NCBI GenBank assembly: GCA_946965045.2
Contig: OX337231.1
Span: 620,001-684,000, forward strand
DNA length: 64,000 nucleotides
Origin: Epithemia pelagica
Lineage: Eukaryota > Protista > Bacillariophyta
Reading direction: 5' to 3'
Shown: piece by piece, positions 58,394 through 64,000 of the stretch
Position numbering within the stretch: the stretch's first letter is position 1
Layout of the letters: each line of letters starts with the position of its first letter
Translations under genes and position numbers: made by a program
The notes under the pieces: generated by a model
Database searches by the model: none
What the model was told of the DNA's origin: nothing
The model's input: the letters and a program-made list of their open reading frames with translations, nothing else

Positions 58394-59786
58394 TTGCTGA
58401 AAGATCTCGATTGGGATTGTTGTTTGTTTGGTTATCCAACCGCAACTAGACTACTGGAGGAAAGCTCTACCTTAGCTATGCGTCCCCCCCCCCCCCCGCC
58501 AAAATACCCCACAAGCAAAACTTCATTCCAACAACAGAAAAACAACAACGACGAACTTCGACCGACGACGCTCAGTTTTCTTGCTGCCTCGTTGTCGCAA
58601 GTCGCAACACAATCCAGCGGCGCATCACTTTCTTGGATCACCATGAGCTCGTCGACGGCGTCCTATACCGCAACCACCACCACTACCACTCCATCTCGAA
58701 AACGAAGCCTTCCACAAACTTATTCGGTATCCCGAAACGGAGCTTGCCATACTTCAAATGGCCAAAACACGAGCAGCAGCCAGCAGCGGGCGCTCCTCAA
58801 ACCACCGCCATCCCAGCCACTGACAACTCCACCCGCTTCGAAAAAGGCCCGGAATGAACCTTCACATGACAATGACAATCCAAAGGATGGATCGTCAAAA
58901 GGAGACTTGACAGACATCACTGCAGGAGTATTCATTCCACAACAACAAGACCACGACGAACCGGCATTGGAGAATTCAGCTGCTGCCGCTGACAGTGCTG
59001 CTGTCATCCATGAAGCAACGCCATTACCGGACAAGGACAACAAAAATGTATCATTCTCGTCGTCATTTGAAGAGTTTCTTTCGGTTCCCCTCGAGTATAT
59101 TTTTCGTCACGTTCAATCTACTACGAATACTTCCAGCAACAAAAAGCCACCCTTGTGGTTGAGTCGCAATGAAGCACACTGTTTCTTGACCATTTCCACA
59201 GTTGCTACCGATTTGGATTCCCTCTTGGACGTGTCGACCAAACTATTGGGACAACAATCCGACATGGAAGCCTTTCGAGCCATGCTAAACACACTGCAAC
59301 AACAGAAGGGTGGTGGTGGTGGATACTGGGCCAGTCTGGGGACCATCAGTCATGTTGTGGGAGAAACCTTGGCGCATGCCGCCTTGACGCGGATTCAACA
59401 GGAATTGAATACAGTGTTGCACAAATTGCAAACAAGTATTTTGATTCCATTGCAACAATCGTCGGATCAAAATTGGACCACGTACGAATCTCTGGCCGAC
59501 TCGCAACAGGGGTCTACTAGTATGGTCAATGCAGTGGCCTTGGAAAAACGATACTTGGCTGAACTCCAAGACGAACTCATTCGAAGAATCGAATGGATCT
59601 TGGGACAGTCCTCATTTTTTCAACCAGAGGAGGAGGGCCACACTCTACCAGAGGGGAACGAAGACGAAGCTACCACTCATCAAACCATGAGAATGATGGA
59701 TCAAGTCTCCATGGCTGACTTTTGTCAGGCACTCTTTTCAGGTGGAATGGAAACCGACACGGAACCGATGGACGACGACACTGACG

Positions 59787-59826
<40 letters not shown>

Positions 59827-60070
59827 GGACCGTACGACGAATGGGACAGTGCCACTGGTGCAACAGGAGGTTGTCCTTCGTGACACTAGTACCACGAACG
59901 ACAATGAGGACGACGGGTTGCGGGTCAACCCTCCAACTACGACGGCGCTCGTCCAAGCCACGGACGATCCGACAACAACAACGTCACAAGAAATGGCGGA
60001 CCGCACCACTTGTACCCAAAATGCAGCCGAAGCCTTGAGTACCTTGTTTAGTTCGCAATGGCCAACCTAG
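58394..60070 (+). CDS. Hypothetical low-complexity protein (probable start 58478)
   Basis: 558-aa ORF with disordered termini, a helical core and a poly-Q run encoded by (caa)n at about 59787-59826. Confidence 0.65.
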
Positions 60071-60747
60071 TAGAGGGGAAGGTGATGTCGGCTTGCAATC
60101 ATGACGTTCTTCAGCTCATCACATCCACTTGAACAACAGTTCCAGCTGCAATCGTTCTACCAGTCGAATCATATGGTCCAGACTCGCCTTGGGTTCCGGC
60201 GTTGGATTTTTTTCACTACCACGACCCTTCTCACATAGTACCTCCGATCCAGTCCTTATTCAGGGCGGAGGTTGGAATGTGCCGGTCGGAGCGAGGAATG
60301 GGCACACCAGATTGCTCTAACCAGAGCTGTCGAACTTCGAATGAACGCGCACGTTACCAACACAATGACTTTGCTCCATAATATATAATAGGTCCCCTAT
60401 ACCAGTAGCTAGCTTGTGCTTACTTCTCCTTGCACTGCTAGCTAGGAGTATGGACCATGTGTTCCTTTCTACATACATGTGGCTAGAAGCATAGCATAGA
60501 GTAGTTCTGTCGTCTGGGCCCAAAACTGGGGCATTCATCATCGGATAGTACGCCTAGCAATGATAAAGAGTCGACAGGCGTGACCACTGCCGTCCTGCTT
60601 GGTCTTGGTCGTGACGCGTTACCATTTGGTCTTGCGAAGATATGAAAACTCCCTCCAACGGCTATGGGTTCGCTGTTTGCAAAAAATGAGGACCATTGTC
60701 CATGATGAGCCAAGCAGAGATGCGGACAACTGCTATTGATCGATACG

Positions 60748-62464
60748 ATGCTTAAAAATCGCCATTCGTCGCGACCATCGGAAGCGGCATTCGACGTGAA
60801 TAATCGTGATGTGGAAGCTTTCCATGGCAAGGATAACAAAAAAGCCAAGAATTCGGACCACAGAGAACGGCGACTGCATTCCATGCTTTTCTAAGTTCTG
60901 GGCATTTCTTTGTGCCTCTGGATCGTTTTCTGGTTGAAAAACCAAACTGCACTCCTTGGATCTCGTCGGGCCCTTACTGACATACTCGTAGGGTCCAGAA
61001 ACAAAATGTTTCCTCGGGTGGTTCAACTATCCTTGGCTTCACCAACGGACGAGACGTATGGTACAAAGAGGTTGATCCCCTCGCTCAATCTGTCAGTAGA
61101 TGTTCATAGCACTGATTTCACCAAAGTACCAAATCACAGGAACGTTGAGCCATTAACAAGTTTCAACGCTACAAAAACGCATGCGGATTCCAGCGACTAC
61201 TCGGAAGGAGCCGATTGTATAGCTCAATACCCGTGGCAGATGGAATCAAGGCCCAGTTGCAATACGGTACATGAGATTGGCCTGCGTATAGATTCGTCAT
61301 CTCTCAATGGTGATGGCGCATCGGTGAGTCTTATCAACAATGGATATCGACGCGATGTCTGGAGTGTGCAAGTCACTTCACATGCCGACCATGAAAACGA
61401 AGAAGAAGTTGAACAAGTTGTCCTCAAGACGCAACGAGCAGAACATTTGTTCTCAGCGAGTAACTTTGATCATAATCGCGTCGACGCCATGACCATGGAG
61501 CACTTGACACCGTCGCATTTACGGCTTTTGCGGATTCTCGGGAATCTATGAATATGCCTCCAATGGTTCCCTTGAAGATATTATTTATTCTCAGCAAGAG
61601 TTGAAAGATGACAAAACTGGGCCGCCCCCAGTGCCCGACTTTATGAGATATGGTGGGTTTGTTTGTCAGGAGTGGCTCGCCGTTCACAGTTTGTCTCACA
61701 TGATTCACATGATTTCTTTTAATGTTTAGCCATCCAAGCGACCCTTGGAGTTTCGGCACTGCACAACATTGACAGGGAGAGACGGGCCTCCATTGTTCAC
61801 GCAGACATGGGGGCCGACCAGTTTGTCGTGGTAGCCGACGGCCGAGTAAAATTGAACGACTTTAATCGTGGTCATTTCCTTGGTTGGAACCCAGAAAAGC
61901 AAGAGGTTTGTCCTTTCAAAATCAAATACAACGGAGGCACCCATAGGGCACCGGAGGAGTATTTGTATTTGCCCGAGACCGAAAAGGTACGTATCGAGAT
62001 CCATCCATGGGAATCTTCCAAGGACTATTGGATCCTTTTCCTCATTTGTGTCACCCACCCCGTGCCCACCATAGATTGATGTTTACTCGCTTGGAAATGT
62101 CTTTTACATGCTTTTGGTCCGTTTTTGGCCATTTGATGAAATATCTATGAGAAAGGCGATAAATTTGATCAAACAGGGGAGACGACCGCCGATACCACGC
62201 CGAATCTCGGAAAGCACAGATCCGACTGTCTTGACTCTGCGTAAGTTCACAACACTACGTCATTGGGTTCGTCTGTGGCTGATGGGCTCATTGTGTGCTC
62301 TTCTTGGATTGATTGCTTGATTTGTATCGGCAGTGAAGGCAATACGTATGTGTCATGAACAGGATCCTAAGAGACGGGCATCTGCACGTCAGGTGGAGAA
62401 TTTCCTTCAGGAAAGTGTCAAACGGCTTTCTCCAGGGAAACTTGAGGAATGGGGAATTCTCTAG
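60748..62464 (+). pseudogene. Membrane-anchored protein kinase (diatom-type), disrupted
   Basis: Motifs VVLKT, IYGFCG, VHADMGADQF, VKLNDFNRG, RAPEEY, IDVYSLGNV and DPKRRASA. GT-AG introns at 61653-61729, 61987-62074 and 62241-62333. In-frame TAA at 60892 before the TM segment, and a frameshifting deletion near 61517. Confidence 0.8.
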
Positions 62465-63070
62465 AGCCACATGGTCGCTGCATGCAACGCTCCTTGCCGG
62501 CGAGTAGGTACGCATCGCTTTTGAACGTTTGCTACGCGGTAAGAAAGCTATGGAAGCAAACAATGAGTCCAAAGAGTGTCACGACGAATCTCTGGTGAGT
62601 TACATTGCAAAGCGTACTGAGAACATGGGGAAAACTACAGGGAACATACCAAAGGCGAGTCCGTCATCCATTGTCCTTGCCGACAGATTTCTCAGCGTTA
62701 AATTTGTGACGAAGAGGGACGAGATGGAACAAAAATATCTCAGTCACGATCTTGTGAGGTCGCTATGCGCTGGGCCTCAAGGAGAAAAGAGCCAAGGCAA
62801 GGCGATTCTAAAGACCTATTGGAGGAGTGCCCTTTCTAGGATCATGATGATCGCAGGAATATTTCATTGATGCAAGTATCAAGTAAAATTCTTTGTAAAT
62901 CCTTAGTTTATATAGAAATATAGAAATCATAGAGCCTTTTTCACAGCTGCGTGCGCCTCTCACCGGACAAATAGGTTAATCAAGAGCCCTTCGCAGTTGG
63001 CACTGCTCAATGCATAAGAACTTTCATTCTTTGGAAACGTGTACCACCCTCACTGGACGAATATAGAATC

Positions 63071-64000
63071 TCATTCCTTGCCTTGGCTCTTTCGGAAGAA
63101 GCAAGACCACACCAGCCAACCGATGAAGGCCAAAGCCACAAAGACACCACCTCCCACAGAGGAGTACATCCAAATAGGTTCAAAGCCTTTGGAAACAGAT
63201 GTACCAGACACGAGATGGAGTCCAACATCAAATCCAGTGCTGGGCCCGTCTTCTTCGTTCACAGCGCCAGACATGCGACGAATCGCTCCACCCAATCGAG
63301 ATCGCAAGTAGCGAGTTCCTCCCGAGGGTGTATGAAACTTGAGAAAGCAAACTCCAAGGGCAACGACATCGGCCGGATCATTTTCGTTGAAAAAACCAGC
63401 CGCAAGGCGAACATAAATCACAGCGGTATCGCCGACTTGTTCCATTCTCGTATAGGGCTTGATGGCAGTCGTATTTCGGACAGCCGTTTGCGTAAACGAA
63501 CCCTGGCTCAACTTCAAACGCTGGATTCCGGCCACATTCACCGTCTCACTCTCGGACCGAACACAGATGCGTGCTTCTTCATGGGGCAACACCGGCTCCG
63601 CATTGCATATCAAACTTGCATCGCACTGACAGGCACGCACGTCGTAGTCCAATGAAACCTTGAGTTCAAAATCAACATTCGCGCTCGATTTCACATCAAT
63701 ATTGGTAACGTTGAAGCGCTCCAATGTGTTCATCTCCACATACAACCGATTCAGTTCCGAAACAACCGGCACCAACTCGTCGTTCAGCATATCCACTCGC
63801 AAACAAAGCGACATCATGGCTGAGTTGTGGGTGATCTGCTTGTATACCGGGCTTTCCGATATCGAAGTGTGATTAATGTCGAGCTTGGTGTGCAAACGTT
63901 CTCGACCAAGGGGACGGGCTTCGGTTCGAGGATAGGACCTGATGAATCCAACATCCACCGGTGTGAGGCAATCCATTTCCATCACGGTAAACGAAAGCTG
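63071..64000 (-). CDS. Type-I membrane / cell-surface protein, 5' part outside the window or in an upstream exon
   Basis: The frame is open to the window edge. Cys-containing ectodomain (YDVRACQCDASLIC...RICVRS) and a C-terminal TM GGGVFVALAFIGWLVWSCFF followed by RK. Confidence 0.7.
   Translation of the reverse strand, partial: QLSFTVMEMDCLTPVDVGFIRSYPRTEARPLGRERLHTKLDINHTSISESPVYKQITHNSAMMSLCLRVDMLNDELVPVVSELNRLYVEMNTLERFNVTNIDVKSSANVDFELKVSLDYDVRACQCDASLICNAEPVLPHEEARICVRSESETVNVAGIQRLKLSQGSFTQTAVRNTTAIKPYTRMEQVGDTAVIYVRLAAGFFNENDPADVVALGVCFLKFHTPSGGTRYLRSRLGGAIRRMSGAVNEEDGPSTGFDVGLHLVSGTSVSKGFEPIWMYSSVGGGVFVALAFIGWLVWSCFFRKSQGKE

Overview
Eukaryotic nuclear DNA, most likely from a pennate diatom or related stramenopile. 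This is inferred from short (about 80-130 nt) GT-AG introns, bipartite signal/transit leaders and diatom-type hypothetical families. I found no CRISPR array, rRNA or intact tRNA. Recognisable genes are a class-3 lipase, a COG4976-like SAM methyltransferase, two tandem secreted EEP-family enzymes with a prokaryote-type N-terminal domain, an F-box protein, PI31, NIFK/Nop15 plus a deleted pseudogene copy, a CCCH/RGG protein, two myristoylated EF-hand paralogs, DUF924, a plastid-type ferrochelatase with a degenerate CAB-like tail, and a pseudogenised kinase. About 16.7-32 kb is a CpG-depleted accessory island. It holds a decayed Helitron Rep-PIF1 gene, a decayed P-loop NTPase + restriction-endonuclease-fold (Crinkler-like) gene, a mirror-symmetric divergent spacer, degenerate tRNA-like boxes and a ~150-bp satellite with a 316-bp higher-order repeat. 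The most interesting signal is a three-copy multi-TM protein family (5.6k, 12.3k, 34.2k). Its first helices resemble the Orai/CRAC channel pore (SALVAGAVIATIYE vs human ORAI1 SALLSGFAMVAMVE), and all copies have a signal peptide and an [LV]RGG motif. That assignment is by-eye inference and needs a profile or structure search. All exon boundaries were read by hand. Several frameshifts lie in homopolymers and may be assembly errors.
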